In this document: one piece after another, positions 25,686-38,876 of the stretch | Numbering within the stretch: the first letter of the stretch is position 1 | Layout: every line of letters starts with the position of its first letter | Assembly (NCBI GenBank): GCA_038087875.1 | Contig: CM075995.1 | Span: 2,978,001-3,042,000, forward strand | Origin: Malacoraja senta | Taxonomy: Eukaryota | Direction of reading: 5' to 3' | DNA length: 64,000 bases | Notes under the pieces: model-generated | Told to the model about the DNA's origin: nothing | The model's database searches: none | What the model saw: only the letters and a program-made list of their open reading frames with translations | Made by a program: the position numbers and the translations under genes

Positions 25686-26377
25686 AAACACTTTTTCATA
25701 CAGAGAGTTGTGAGTCTGGGGAAATCTCTGCCTCAGAGGGCGGTGGAGGCCGGTTCTCTGGATACTTTCAAGAGAGAGCTAGATAGGGCTCTTAAAGATA
25801 GTGGAGTCAGGGGATATGGGGAGAAGGCAGGTACGGGTACTGATTGGGGATGTTCAGCCATGATCACATTGAATGGTACTACTCCTGCACCTATTGTCTA
25901 TTGTCTGTTCACGCAGAGGGTGGTTGGTATGTCGAATGAGCTACCAGTGGAGGGAGTTGGAGGTTGGAACTATAACAATGTATTAAAAATTGTAATTGGT
26001 CCCTAGTGTACATATCACTGGGTCAGCACAGACTCGGTGTGTCTGAAGGGCCTATTTCCGTGCTGTATCTCTAAAGTCTAAAGATGTTGGGCGAGATAGC
26101 AGGGAACTTCCATCCTTGCTCAAGCTCAATTTTGCAGTAATGTCTTCAATTAATCTAAGGTGGGTAGCTGGAGAGAAGTTCACAGGCCTTGGATGAAGCA
26201 GTTCATCAACCTCACAACATTTCCCCACTGGAGAAATAACCTTGAACGTGCTGCTCGTATGTCTAAAATTAGTTTGACTAAGTCTCAAGGGGACTGCCAC
26301 TAAACCACCAACTGGCCAACCTTGCAAAGTCCTAGAAACCAATTATTGCAAATCCGAGCATTGCTTAACTAGTGAAG

Positions 26378-26975
26378 GGCGGCACAGCGGCGCAGCGGTA
26401 GTTGCTGCCTCTTAGAGCCAGGGTCCTGACTACAGCTGCTGTTTTGTACGTACTCCCTGTAGTGGCATGGGTTTTCTCCGGGTGTTCCCGGTTTCTTCCC
26501 ACACTCCAAAGACGAGCAGGTTTGTAGGTTAATTGGCTTTGGTAAAAATAAATTGCAAATTGTTTCCTAGTGAGTAAGATGGTGCTGGTCTACGGGGTGA
26601 TCGCCTCGGCGCGGACTCGGTGGGCCGAAGGGCTTGTTTCTGCGCTGTATTTCTCAAGTCGACAGTTTAGATTAGGTTAGTTTAGAGATACAGCGCGGAA
26701 ACAGGCCCTTTAGCCACTGGATCCGCGCCGACCAACAATCCCCGCACATTAACACTATCCTACACCCACTAGAACAATTTTTGCATTTACCAAGCCAAAC
26801 CTGCACGTCTTTGGAGTGTGGGAGGTAACCGAAGAAAACCCGGTGAAAACCCACGCAAATCACGGGGAGAACGTACAAACTCCGTACAGACAGCACCCGT
26901 AATCAGGATCGAACCCGGGTCTCCGGCGCTGCATTCGCTGTAAGGGAGCAACTCTACTGCTGCGCCACCATGACC
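26378..26975. mobile_element. Two V-SINEs tail to tail (26378-26660 +, 26665-26975 -)
   Basis: Both carry the V domain and GGGCCGAAGGGC-type tail; the minus copy has B box GGTTCGATCC. Confidence 0.85.
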
Positions 26976-27987
26976 GCAGTAAAGCTCCAAAGTGTAATGT
27001 GACATTTTCATTATTCACACCATTGCAAACTATTTAACAGTGCAAATAAACTCTATGGCAATATATTACTCAACTATAGGTCGATACTCTTTTGGTATTG
27101 CAGATAGTCAGAATTGGCATGAGACAACCTCGGGTCTTTTCTACTGGATTCAGCAGAGACAGAGATCTTTTCATGCACTGACAAAAAAATAATATTTTTT
27201 ATTGTTTTTCCTAAAGAACAGACTGCACTTCCAGGAGATGACACTCCACCCCATCAAGTAGGCAGTTTCCTGAGATTGAAAGGTACAGTATGTTCACTGG
27301 GTGTGTTCGCCAGCACTTTCCATTGCCAGCTGTATAGGTTTAACAAAATAGAAAGCCAGTTTAAATTGTGTTATGTTAAGAGTCTTGGAACTAAGACTGG
27401 GCATAGACAAGCTGGGAGTTGGATTTTGATTTTGCCATTCAGCCAAGATTCGTGTAACTTTGAATGAAGTTTATTTTCTTTAATGTTTCTTTAAATTGAT
27501 ATATTCCTAGACCATGTATGGTAGCACCTTGGAAATTGAAGGAATTTGAAAACCTGTCATTTTTTTAAAAAATGTGCATATTTGGTACATGTAGCAATCT
27601 ATTCACTCGGCGGAAAGCACATTTCATATGAAAAAAAGAAGAAAATAGACAAAAAATGCAGGAGTAATTCAACGGGACAGGCATCATCTCTGGTGAGAAG
27701 GAATGGGTGACGTTCGGGTCAAGACCCTTCTTCAGAATGGTGAAGAAAAATGAAAAATGAAAAATCTGCTGAGATCATTTCATGCATCAATCCCATCCTT
27801 TTCTAAAGGAGGTTATTTACTCTGGTAACTACAGTTGAATTGCAAACTCTGGTGGGACCTATTCCTGGTAGATTTTAGTTTTGGTATTTAGTTTTAGAGA
27901 TACAGCGCTTCGGTAAAAATTGTAAATTGTCCCTGGTGTATAGGATAGTGCTAGTATACGGGGTATGTCTCAGTGGGCCAAAGGGCC

Positions 27988-29125
27988 TGTATGCGACGGC
28001 TGATGGGGTGGAAGGTGAGGACAGGGGGGGACTCTGTCCTTGTTACGAGTGGAGGGAGGGGGAGTAAGGGCGGAGCTGCAGGACACAGCATGTGATCCTC
28101 GAACATTTTCGCCACCTCCAAAGGGATCCCACTACAATAGACAATAGAAAATAGACAATAGACAATAGGTGCAGGAGTAGGCCATTCGGCCCTTCGAGCC
28201 AACACTGCCATTCAATGTGATCATGGCTGATCATCCCTAATCAGTACCCCATTCCTGCCTTCTCCCCATATCCCCTGACTCTGCTATCTTTAAGAGCCCT
28301 ATCTAGCTCTCTCTTGAACGTATTCAGAGAACCGGCCTGCACCGCCCTCTGAGGCAGAGAATTCCAATACTGGCCACATCTTCCCATCTCCACTCCTCTC
28401 TGCTTTCCGCAGAGACCATTCTCTCTGAAACTCCCTGGTCAACTCGTCCCTTCCCACCGAACCACCCCTCACCAGGTACTTCCCCTGCAACTGCAGGAGA
28501 TGCAATACCTGTCTCTTTACCTCCCCCCTCGACTCCATCCAAGGACCCAAACAGTCTTTTCAGGTGAGTCTGAGGTTCACTTGCACCTCCTCCAACCTCC
28601 TTCTACTGTACCCGCTGCTCCAGGTGTCAGCTTCTCTACATCGGTGAGACCAAGCACAGGCTTGGCGATCATTTCGCTGAACACCTCCGCTCAGTCCGTC
28701 TTAACCAAGCTGATCTCCCGGTGGCCCAACACTTCAACTCCCTCTCCCATTCCCTATCTGACCTTTCTGTCCTGGGCCTCCTCCATTGTCAGTGAGGCCC
28801 AGTGCAAATTGAAGGAACAGCGCCTCATATTTCGCTTGGGTAGTTTACCCCCAGCAGTATGAACATTGACTTCTCTGACTTCTTTTTCTTTTTCTAAAAG
28901 CCCTTGCTTTTTCTCTCCATTCCCTGTCCCTTCCCAGTTCTCCCACTCGTCTTTCTGTCTACGCCTACATTCTTTCTTTGTCCCCGCCCCCTCCCCTGAC
29001 ATCAGTCTGAAAAAGGGTCTCGACCCGAAATGTCGGCAATTCCTTCTCTCCATAAATGCTGCCTCACCCGCTGAGTTACTCCAGCATTTTGTGTCTATCT
29101 TCGATTTTACCAGCATCTGCAGTGC
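27988..29125 (+). mobile_element. Penelope-like element with inverted 5' segment, interrupted by a CR1 tail (28133-28365 -)
   Basis: Plus-strand 28480-28880 FPCNCRRCNTC..YIGETK..EHLR..VAQHFNS..LIFRLGSL (GIY-YIG domain); minus-strand 27988-28133 encodes VLTFHPISRRIQ; hammerhead-like core near 29007. Confidence 0.82.
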
Positions 29126-29929
29126 TTTCTTAACCTACAAATCTGTACCTCTTTGGAGAAGGAAACTGAAGATCTCAGAGAAAATCCAGGCTGGGGACGG
29201 GGAGAATGTACAAACTCCATACAGACAGCTCCGTTACTGGTATATCTGATCTGTTTGCATTGCATGCAAAACAAAGCTTTTCGCTGTACCTCGGTAGATG
29301 TGACGATAATAAACCTAAACCTAAACCTTGATGTCACTTGGTCAATGTGTACATCCATCTGCAAAATATTGCATTGTACATTTTTCATAAGTTCATAAAT
29401 TCATGTGATAGGAGCAGGATTAGGCCATTCGGCCAAGTCTACTCCGCCATTCAATCATGGCTGATCCAACTTTCCCTCCTAACCCCGTTTTCCTGCCTTC
29501 TCCCCACAACCCCTGACACCTGTACTAATCTATCTATCTCTGCCTTAAATATATCTATTGACATGGCCTCCACAGCCGTCTGTGGCAATGAATTCCATAC
29601 ATATTAATATTATATGTTTGATGGGATGATTAATAAGGAACCCAGTGTAACCTTCCCTAGAATGGGTCCTTGGGTGCCAGCCTAAATATACAGAACATAC
29701 TAATATTCATCTTGAACCAAGCTGGCATTAGATGTTTAATATCTGAAGGGCCAACTTTCAGCTGGATATATTCCTGGAACTTTCCTCACTGATCTTCCCA
29801 ATTCCAACCACTCCATTCCTGCCAAACAGATTTTGTTTTGTCATTCTCAGTGTTACTATAACTAATAAACTAAATTTAAAAAAAAAACAATTTTCTCTTA
29901 GTCTGGTTGCAATCAGGCCTGGCATATAA

Positions 29930-30400
29930 ACCAGAGGTCATAGCCTCAGAATTACAGGACGTTCCTTTAGGAAGGAGATGAGGAGGAATTTATTTAATCA
30001 GAGGGTGGTGAATCTGTGGAATTATTTGCTACAGAAGGCTGCGGAGGCCAAATCAATGGATATTTTTTATGGCATAGATAGATAGATTCTTGATTATTAT
30101 GGGTGTCAGGAGTTACGGGAAGAAGGTGGAGATTGATAGTTTCTTGATTAGTACAGATGCCTGTGGTTATGGGGAGAAGGCAGGAGAATGAGGTTGAGAG
30201 GGAAAGATAGATCAGCCATGATTGAATGGCGGAGCAGACTCGATGGGCCGAATGGCCTAATTCTGTTTTTTAATGGTCTTTTTTGTGGATTTTTTTAAGG
30301 CAGGAGAATGGGGTTGAGGGGGAGAGATAGATCAGCCATGATTGAATTGCGGAGTAGACCTGAGGAGTCGAATGGCCTTATTCTGTTCCTATCATGTGAA
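29930..30400 (+). mobile_element. CR1 3' fragment with internally duplicated tail segments
   Basis: GGTGAATCTGTGGAAT..; the AGGCAGGAGAATG..GATCAGCCATGATTGAAT block occurs twice. Confidence 0.75.
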
Positions 30401-30639
30401 TGTTAACGGTAAAATGCCTGGAATCATGTGGGCTTTCCTGGTGACGTCTCTGAAATACTTTATTCATGTTTACAGGAGTTGTGTAAATTATTTAAATGTC
30501 TCTGAAAAAGGATCTCGATCCGAAACGTCACCTAGTGTTGGCCGGTGTGGCCGAGTGGGGCCGAAGGGCCTGTTTCCACACTGTATTATTCTATGACTCT
30601 ATTCCTTTTTTCCACAGATGCTGCCTGACCTGCTGAGTT

Positions 30640-30987
30640 TAGTTTAGTTTAATTTAGTTCGTTTAGATTAGCTTAGTTTAGTTTAGTTTGGAGATAGCGC
30701 GGAAATGGGCCCCTGGATCCACTGAGTCTGCATCGACTAGCGATCCCCGCACATTAACACTATTCGACACACACTAGGGCCAATTTTACAATCACACCAA
30801 GCCAATTAACCTGCAAACCTGCACGTCTTTAGAGTGTGGGAGGAAACGGAAGATCTCGGAGAAAACCCACGCAGATCACGGGGAAAACGTACAAATTCCG
30901 TACAGACAAGCACCCGTAGTCAGGATCGAACCCGGGTCTGTGACGCTGTAAGACAATAGCTCTACCGCTGTGCCACCATGCCGCCCA
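30640..30987 (-). mobile_element. V-SINE inserted into a Penelope terminal unit
   Basis: (TTTAG)n tail; host sequence GCTGAGTT|...|AGTTACTCCAGC continues on both sides. Confidence 0.82.
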
Positions 30988-31280
30988 AGTTACTCCAGCT
31001 TTTTGTGTCTATCTTTGATTAAATCTCTTGTCTTAATCACAGTGTTGGTTTTCAAAAGTATGAGTAATTGACATCAATCAAAAGGCTTGTAGTTATGGCA
31101 TGCCGCAAACCTGTTATATGAAATATTAATCATAATACCTGACAGCTTGCATAATCGTCAGGAGCTTGTCCTACTGCTGTGACCCTTGTCTGCGTTTCTT
31201 TTGCTTGCTGCCATCAAAATAAGTCATTATTCAACACTCTCCTGAAGTATTTCTGACTGTCCTCCATACCACTTTAGTTC

Positions 31281-31582
31281 GGCGGCATGATGGCGCAATG
31301 GTAGAGCTGCTGCCATTCAGCGCCAGAGAACCGGGTTCAATGCTGACTACGGGTGCTGTCTGTACGGAGTTTGTACGTTCTTCCCACGACCTGCATGGGT
31401 TTTCTCTGAGATCTTCGGCTTCCTCCCACACTCCAAAGACGTACAGGTTTGTAGGTTAATTGGCTTGGCATAAATGTACAGCTGTCCCCATTGTGTGTAG
31501 GATAGTGCGGGGATCGCTGGTTGGTGCGGACTCGGTGGGCCGAAGGTCCTGTTTCCGCGCTGTATCTCTAAAACTAAACTGA
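31281..31582 (+). mobile_element. V-SINE
   Basis: Head, V domain and tail all present. Confidence 0.85.
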
Positions 31583-31964
31583 ACCACAGCAGACGATGAT
31601 CAAGGAAATGTAGAATGGTTCACTGTTGGCTGAGGGGAAGGTGACACAAACAGTAAAATTACTCAGGAAGGCATTGAAATCAACCAGAGAACTAGGGTGG
31701 GGGTGGGACAGAAAGAGAGGGAAAGCAAGGGTTACTTGAAGTTGGAGAAATCAATCAATCAGAAGAAATTCTGGCAGGACATCTAATCCTAGAACAAAGT
31801 GGCCAGCCTCCTGAATAGTGTTAAGTAAATATGTCACATATGCATGCTTAAAGTAATTAATTTTATATACTATAGTTTATATACGGAAGGCAACTTTATT
31901 TCCCCAGCTCCGCAAACATAGTAGCTTAAATAATAATATGAATAATATGAATAATAGGAAAATG

Positions 31965-32720
31965 ATATGAATATTGATTTCCCTAACTTCAAGTAACCCT
32001 TGCATCCCTCCTCCCTCCATCCCTCCCCCACCCAAGTCATACTAGCTTCAAAGTATGTTTGAAAAATGTTCCCGATGTTGGGGGAGTCTAGAACCAGGGG
32101 GGTCACAGTTTAAGGATAAGGGGTAGGCCATTTAGGACCGAGATGAGGAACAACTTTTTCACCCAGAGTGTTGTGAATCTGTAGAATTCCCTTCCACAGA
32201 AGGCAGCGGAGGCCAATTCACTGGATGTTTTCAAGAGATAGATAGAGCTCTTGGGGCTAAAGGAATCAAGGGATATGGGAAGAAAGCCGAAACGGGGTAC
32301 TGATTTTGGATGATCAGCCATGATCATATTGAATGGTGGTGCTGGCTCGAAGGGCCGAAGGGCTGAAGGGCCGAAGGGCCGAAGGGCCGAATGGCCAAAT
32401 GGCCTACTCTTGCACTTTTTTTTGCTATGTTTCTATGTTTCTAAAGTAGTTTTGTTGAGTCTCATTGTCTGTGACTCGTAAATAACTCACCTAGGCCACA
32501 TCCAACAATGGCCTGTTTCCTTTATCATCGTTACTTTGTTGCATATCTTTCATTCATCCGTTCTATATCTCTCTGCATCATCGTCTATATCTCTCGTTTC
32601 CCTCTCTCCCTACTCTCAGTCTGAAGGAGGGTCTCGACCAGAAGCGTCACCTCTTCCTTCTCTCCAGAGACACTGTCTGACCCGCCCAGTTACTCCAGCT
32701 TCTTGCGTCTGTCTACCTTC
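31965..32720 (+). mobile_element. Penelope 3' UTR and terminal unit interrupted by a CR1 tail (32065-32443)
   Basis: TATGAATATTGATTTCCCTAACTTCAAGTAA as at 17142; CR1 flanked by AAAGTA; degenerate core at about 32621; a minus-strand PLE remnant lies at 31585-31755. Confidence 0.72.
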
Positions 32721-33619
32721 GGCTGAAATCTCCCCGTGTATTCCCTCCGTTCCGCCGCGTTGCCAGCGGGTCAGAGTACCGGGATGACAGCATGGGAAGC
32801 AGTCTGCTGCCGGTGATGACCCTGTGACTGAGTGCAGATGGCCTGCATGACTGCTCTCCTCTGAATGGAAGGGAAGTGTGGTCTGCGTGTCGAGACAGAG
32901 CAAGGTTTTAGAACGGACAGAGTCAAACACAGTGCGAGAGTTTGTGAACCCGATGTTCGGTGGAGAGGTCAGGAAGTTAATAACTGTCATTTAAGCAGAT
33001 ACCTTATCTTGCTCATTTACCGCATTCGTTTTAAACAGCAATGCTAAAGTGGCATCTCTTGTTAAATTTCCATTGTTAGCTCCTTGCCCTTTCCTTTTCC
33101 CCTTACATTGGAGTGAGCCTTCTAAATATAGAACAACTGCGAAACTAGGCAAACTAAGCTTCTGCAGAAGTGTCTCCATACGATACGATGCGATATACCT
33201 TTTTTTTTTATCCCAGGAGAGAAACTGGTCTGCCAACAGTCGTAAAACAGTCATAAAAACACAACAAGATACATGGAACAGGAAATGAAAGTGACAAGTG
33301 GTAAGACCAGTCAAAACGTCGACCCAAGAAGTCTCGACCCAAGACGTCCAAGATTTTGACTTGGTTGCTGCTGAAGCTGTGGATTGAAGGGAGGACTGAC
33401 ACGGAGAAGGGAGGAGTCTGAACAAGGTTTCCGACTCGAAACGTCACCTGTTCCTTTTCTCCAGAGATGCTGCCTGACCTGCCGACTTACTCCAGCTTTT
33501 TGTGTCTATCTTCCTGAAAAAAAGAAAGTGTTGTCTTTCAAACTTGCACGGATTTTTAAAATATATGACGTTTTGTTGCATATAACGCTCATCTTGTTCT
33601 GATTATTAAATGCTACTCA

Positions 33620-34456
33620 GAAGGACAGACTGCAGTCCGTCTGTCTTTTTTTAAAATTTTGTCTAGTTAAATGTAGTTGTTTGTGTTTTTTGTACTGTTT
33701 TTAATTGTGTATATGTGGGGGGCGGCGGGGGGGGAGGGGAAATCTTTTAAAAATCTCTTCCCTGTACGGGAGACCCGACCTTTTCCCTGTCGGGTCTCCG
33801 TTGTCGTTGGGGCCTAGCTCCGTGGAGCGGCCTCCGACCGGGACGACCTGGGGGCTCCAGTCGCGGAGCCTGCGGAGCTGCGGACTTACCATCGTGGGGC
33901 TGGCCGTCCTCGGAGCGTGAGGAGCGGTGGTGGCTCGCTGCTGCGGCCCGACACCGGAGCTCCAGCTGCAGACCCGTGGACTGTGACATCGGGAGCTCGC
34001 GGGTCCGGGTGAGAGACCGCTTTCCGGAGCTCCCGCAACGCAACTTCTCCCGCCCGTGTCGCGGGGTTGGAACGACCCGGAGCGGGGCCATAAATCGCCC
34101 GGCGCGGCTTAATGGCTGCGGGACATTCCAGCGCCCGCCGGGGGCTCCAACTTGGTGACTTTTGGGCCCAGAGCGAGGCCGTACACCGCCCGGCGCGGCC
34201 TCAACGGCCGTGGGACTTAACATTGCCCGCCTGGGGCTTCAACATCGGGAGAAGGATGGTGCAGGGGAGAGAAAAGACTTTGCCTTCCATCACAGTGAGG
34301 AGGAGATTCACTGTGATGGATGTTTTTCTGTGGATTGAATTGTTTGTGTGTCGTGTAGGAACTGTTTTGTTTTGTTTGACTGCAGAAACCAAATTTCGTT
34401 TGAACTTCATTTGAGGTTCAAATGACAATAAATGGTATTGTATTGTATTGTATTGT
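33620..34456 (+). mobile_element. GC-rich non-coding retroposon with Rex1-like tail
   Basis: CpG-rich body, two long hairpins, AAATTTC..ATGACAATAAA and a (GTATT)n tail. Confidence 0.6.
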
Positions 34457-34564
34457 ATGTTTGTTTCTCTTTCATTATAGACTATAAGAACGGACATTAT
34501 AAACACATGTCAAAGACGGGATTTATTTGTGCAGAAAGATCAGAGAAAATGGGACTGCGGAACC

Positions 34565-35255
34565 TTTTTTTTAGTTTAGTTTAGTTAGAAATACAGTGCA
34601 GAAACAGGCCCTGATGCCCACCGAGTCCGCGCCGACCAGCGATCCCTGCACACTAACGCTATCCTACACACACAAGGGACAACTTACAATTTTACTGAAG
34701 CCAATTAACCTACAAACCTCTACATCTTTGGAGTGTGGGAGGAAACAGGAGCACCCGGTGAAAACGGGGAGAAAGTACAAACTCCGTAGAGACAGCACCC
34801 GTGGTCAGGATGGAACCTGGGTCTCTGGCGCTGCAGCTACTCTACCGCAGGCGCCATCGTTCCGCCTCTAGTGAGGGGAAATGTAAAGTTCAAACCGAGT
34901 GGGATTTTGACTTGAGGCAATGTGACAGTTTCTTCTGAAAGTTGTCAACTGTTACTAGGGCGGCACGGTGGCGTAGCGGTAGAGTTCCTGCCTAACAGCG
35001 CCAGAGACCCAGGATCCATCCTGACTATGGGTGCTGTCTGTAGGGACTTTGTACGTTCTCCCCGTGACCGCATGGGTTTCCCCCGGGTGCTCCAGTTCCC
35101 ACCCACAATCCAAAGACGTGCAGGTTTGCTGGGTAATTGGCTTCGGTAAAGATTGTCAATTGTTAGTGTACGGGGACAGTGTTAGTGTACGGGGATCACT
35201 GGACTGCACGGACCCGGTGGGCCGAAGGGCCTGTTTCCGCACTGTATCTCCAAAC
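34565..35255. mobile_element. Two divergent V-SINEs (34565-34860 -, 34958-35255 +)
   Basis: tRNA heads, V domains and tails. Confidence 0.8.
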
Positions 35256-35851
35256 AATGATAGAAGAGTCTGTATCGGAAGGACATATATTTAGAGTCAT
35301 TGGCAAAACAATCAGAGACGAGGTACATATGATCTATTTGAGTTGAGTTTAGTTTATTCTCACGTGTACCAAGGTACAGTGAAAAGCTTTTGTTGCGTGC
35401 TAACCAGTCAGCGGAAAGACAATTCATGATTACCATCGAGCCATCCACAGTGCAGAGACACATGATGAAGGAAATTGCGTGAATAAGTGCAAGATAAAGC
35501 TTGTAAAGTCCGATCAAAGATAGTCCGAGGGTCTCCAATTGGGTCGGAGAATGGATGGATCTGAGAGGAGAGTAATAAGAGCAGAGTTAAATGTTGCTGT
35601 TGGGGTAGAGAGTTATAAAGAGTGGAGCGATTGTAATGCGTAATTGAAGATCTACTTCTGTGAGTAGCCTGCAAAGAGTCGCTTGGGTTGGGCACCATCA
35701 GGAACGGTCACTATGAAGTGCGGGTGAAAAGAAATTCAGTTGCAAATGTCAAAGGAAACTGAAATGTAATTTAAACACATTGTAGTGATCGGGGGAGAAG
35801 GTGATAGAGTGGCAGAAGCTGATCTTTTGAAGATTGAAGACTGTATTTTAA

Positions 35852-36089
35852 AGGGCCTGTCCCACTTTCACGACATAATTCACGACCTCTGCTGAGTTTG
35901 CCCTTGACTCATTCTCACAGCACAGTCGTCACGAAGTCGTAGGAGGTCGTAGGAGGTCGTAGGTAGGTCGTACCAGGCTGTGATGCTCGTCGTAGGTACT
36001 CGTGGCATCAAGCGTTTTTTCTAGCCTGATGAAAAATGTCCACGAGTAATAATGGTCGTGAATTAGGTCGTGAAAGTGGGACAGGCTCT
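35852..36089. mobile_element. PIF/Harbinger-type MITE
   Basis: TAA TSD on both sides; TIR AGGGCCTGTCCCACTTTCACGAC(A/C)TAATTCACGACC; internal GGTCGTAGG repeats. Confidence 0.85.
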
Positions 36090-38004
36090 TAAGAATGCCT
36101 GGTGGGCATGGAGGCTATTTTATATTGTGGATTTACGATGAAGTCCTTAGCAATCGGCTCCGAGCTGTTAGATGCACAAGAAACAATGTCTTGACGGAAC
36201 ATATCATTTTTATAACTTTCTTTGTACTATATTTATGTTTTAGTTGCAAGTATTTTTTTCGGTTAAAACATTTTTGGATACAATGGGCCAAATGGACTTA
36301 AACTGCATGCTTAGATTCTATTGAAACCAAAACCAAGGCCCAGATATTGCTCCAAGTTCCATTCTTGTCAATTATTTAACAGCAGAAATTGGATCAAAAG
36401 GTCACAACCTACAACCTTAACAGTTCATTCATGATAAAGTGGGTGGCTCAGTGGCGCAGCCCTGGAGTTGCTGCCTGACAGCGCCAGAGACTCGGGGTTG
36501 CTCCTGTCTACGGGTGCCGTCGATATGGAGTTTGTACGTTCATCCTGTGAGCGCGTGGGTTTTCTCCGGGTGCTCACAGGGGGGATCTTGAAGGGTTGAA
36601 GAAGCTAACAGAGATAAGGAGGGACGAAGTGGAGTAGCCATAGACTAAGATTTTAAATTTAAAGCATTGGTACCCTTGAGCCGGTTACAGTTTACGACAT
36701 CACAGTTTAGTTTATTGTCACCTGTACTGAGGTACAGTGAAAAGCTTTTTGTTGCATGCTATCCAGTCAGCGGAAAGACAATACATGATTCCAATGGAGT
36801 CATTTACAATGCACAGAAGCATGATAAGGGAATAATGTTTAGTGCAAGATAAAGCCAGCAATGTCCGATCAAGCATAGGGTCTCTAATGAGGTAGATAAT
36901 AGTTCAGCATTGCTCTCTGGTTGTGGTAAGGTGGTTCAGTTGCCTGATAACATCTGTGAAGAAACTGTCCCTGAATCTGGAGGTGTGCGTTTTCACCCTC
37001 CAGTGGGTGATGCCACTGAAGGTCATTCTATGGGTGTCAAGGATCAATACCAATTGACACCACGAGAAGCTCTTATGCTAAATTGCACAAGTCTGGGTGT
37101 CAAAGTAACAGGGAGAAGGCATGAGAATGGGGTTGAGGGGGGCAAAATAGATCAACCATGATCGAATGACAGACTAGACCCTATGGGCCGAATGGCCTAG
37201 TTCTGCTCCAATGCCTTATGGCCTTATGGCCTTATGGACTTGTGGACGAGAAAGTGGGTTAAATTGAGAAATGCTAAATTGCATTGAGCATTGTGGCGAA
37301 ACTTTTCCGGCTGACCTGAATTGACTGGTATTCATTTGAAGTAGCTGTATTTTCTCAAAGGTCATTGTTACTGAGACAGCTCTGGGACATGTACACTCCA
37401 CGGGCATTGCAATCTGCAGGACGCAATCATAGGCATGAAGCTCCGCAGCCTGAAGGCGCCGGGTGCTTGACTGCAAAAACCAAATTAAGTTCATTACAAT
37501 GAGGCAATTATTTGGGATTGCGCGCGGACTTTTGCTGCTTTCTTTGCTGCAAATATTAATTGCCAACTTTCATTCCATGTATTCCTGGAGGCCTCTACGC
37601 GTCACCTCCAAACGATCTTGTCAGCTGTGTGTCGCTCAACTATTTCAATTCCCGCCGCGCTGCACCTGAATACACCAGTTGGAAAGTGGAAACAACAATT
37701 TTCATTTTCAGATAGTTTAGTTTAGTTAATTAGAGTCATGGAGTCATAGTGATACAGTGTGAAAACAGGCCCTTTGGCCCAATTTGCCCACACCAGCCAA
37801 CATGTCCCAGCTACACTAGTCCCACCTGCCCGCATTTGGTCCATATCCCTCCAAACCTGCCTTATCCATGTACCTGTCCAACTGTTTCTTAATGTTGGGA
37901 TAGAAAGATAGAAACAAAAAGCTGGAGTAACTCAGCAGGACAGGCAGCATCTCCGGGGAGAAGGAATGGGTAACTTTTTGGGTCGAGACCCTTCATCAGA
38001 CTAA

Positions 38005-38876
38005 TGCCCCTGTCCCACTTAGGAAACCTGAACGGAAACCTCTGGAGACCTTGCTGCCCACCCAAGGTTTCCATGAGTCGCCAGAGGTTTTGGTCACTTG
38101 CCTGGAAAGCCTCGACCGAAGCATGAGCTGCATCTACTGACCAAAGATCTTACAGCATCTTTGCTACCGACTGCACACACTCACACACACACACACACAC
38201 ACACAAACACATCGCGAAGGTGGGGGCAGGGACAGCGGAGGAGCGTTGTCTGCGCGATGAAGAGGAAGGTAAACAGCTGCCACAGAGCACGGTAAGTCCT
38301 TTAGAGAGCGTGGAGGGAGGGAGAGAGGGGGAAAGAAGGGGCGAGAAGGACAGAGAAGGGGAGAGGGAAGGGGAAGAGAAGCGGAGAGAGAAGGGGAGGG
38401 AGAAGGGGATAGAGAAGGGGAGAGAGAAGGGGAGAGAGAAGGTGAGAGAAGGGGGGAGAAGGGGGGGGAGAAGGAGTGGAGACAGTTTTAAGAAGTTTAA
38501 TAAAGTTAGCGGGCATTTTACCTTCCGGCGGATCTTCTAGGTCCTGAAAACCAAAGATCCTACAGGATCTTTGCTGAAAACTCCAATGAGCCAATCAAAA
38601 TGGCCGGCTAGAGAAGGAGATTGCCTTAGACTGCCTGTAAGTAAATAGCAACCCCACTCCACTGGCTTCGACCAAACGGCAACCTAATTTTAGTCGAGGC
38701 CGGTTTTTCTGTTGTTGAAATTATCGCAGGAACATAGAAGAAGCCTCGACTATGCGGAAACCACTTTCCACCATTAGGGAGAGTGACCAAAACCTCTGGG
38801 AACCTCACGGAAACCTTGGGTGGGGCGCAAGGTCTCCAGAGGTTGCCGTTCAGGTTTCCTAAGTGGGACAGGGGCA
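38005..38876. mobile_element. PIF/Harbinger-type non-autonomous element
   Basis: About 70-bp TIRs TGCCCCTGTCCCACTTAGGAAACCTGAACGG..; flanks TAA/CAA; internal CA and GA-rich tracts; splits a Penelope terminal unit. Confidence 0.8.

Noticed and set aside
33700..34260. CpG-island promoter of a host gene (also 53280-53760)
   Set aside because: Both lie within related elements with retroposon tails, so they are better explained as repeats.
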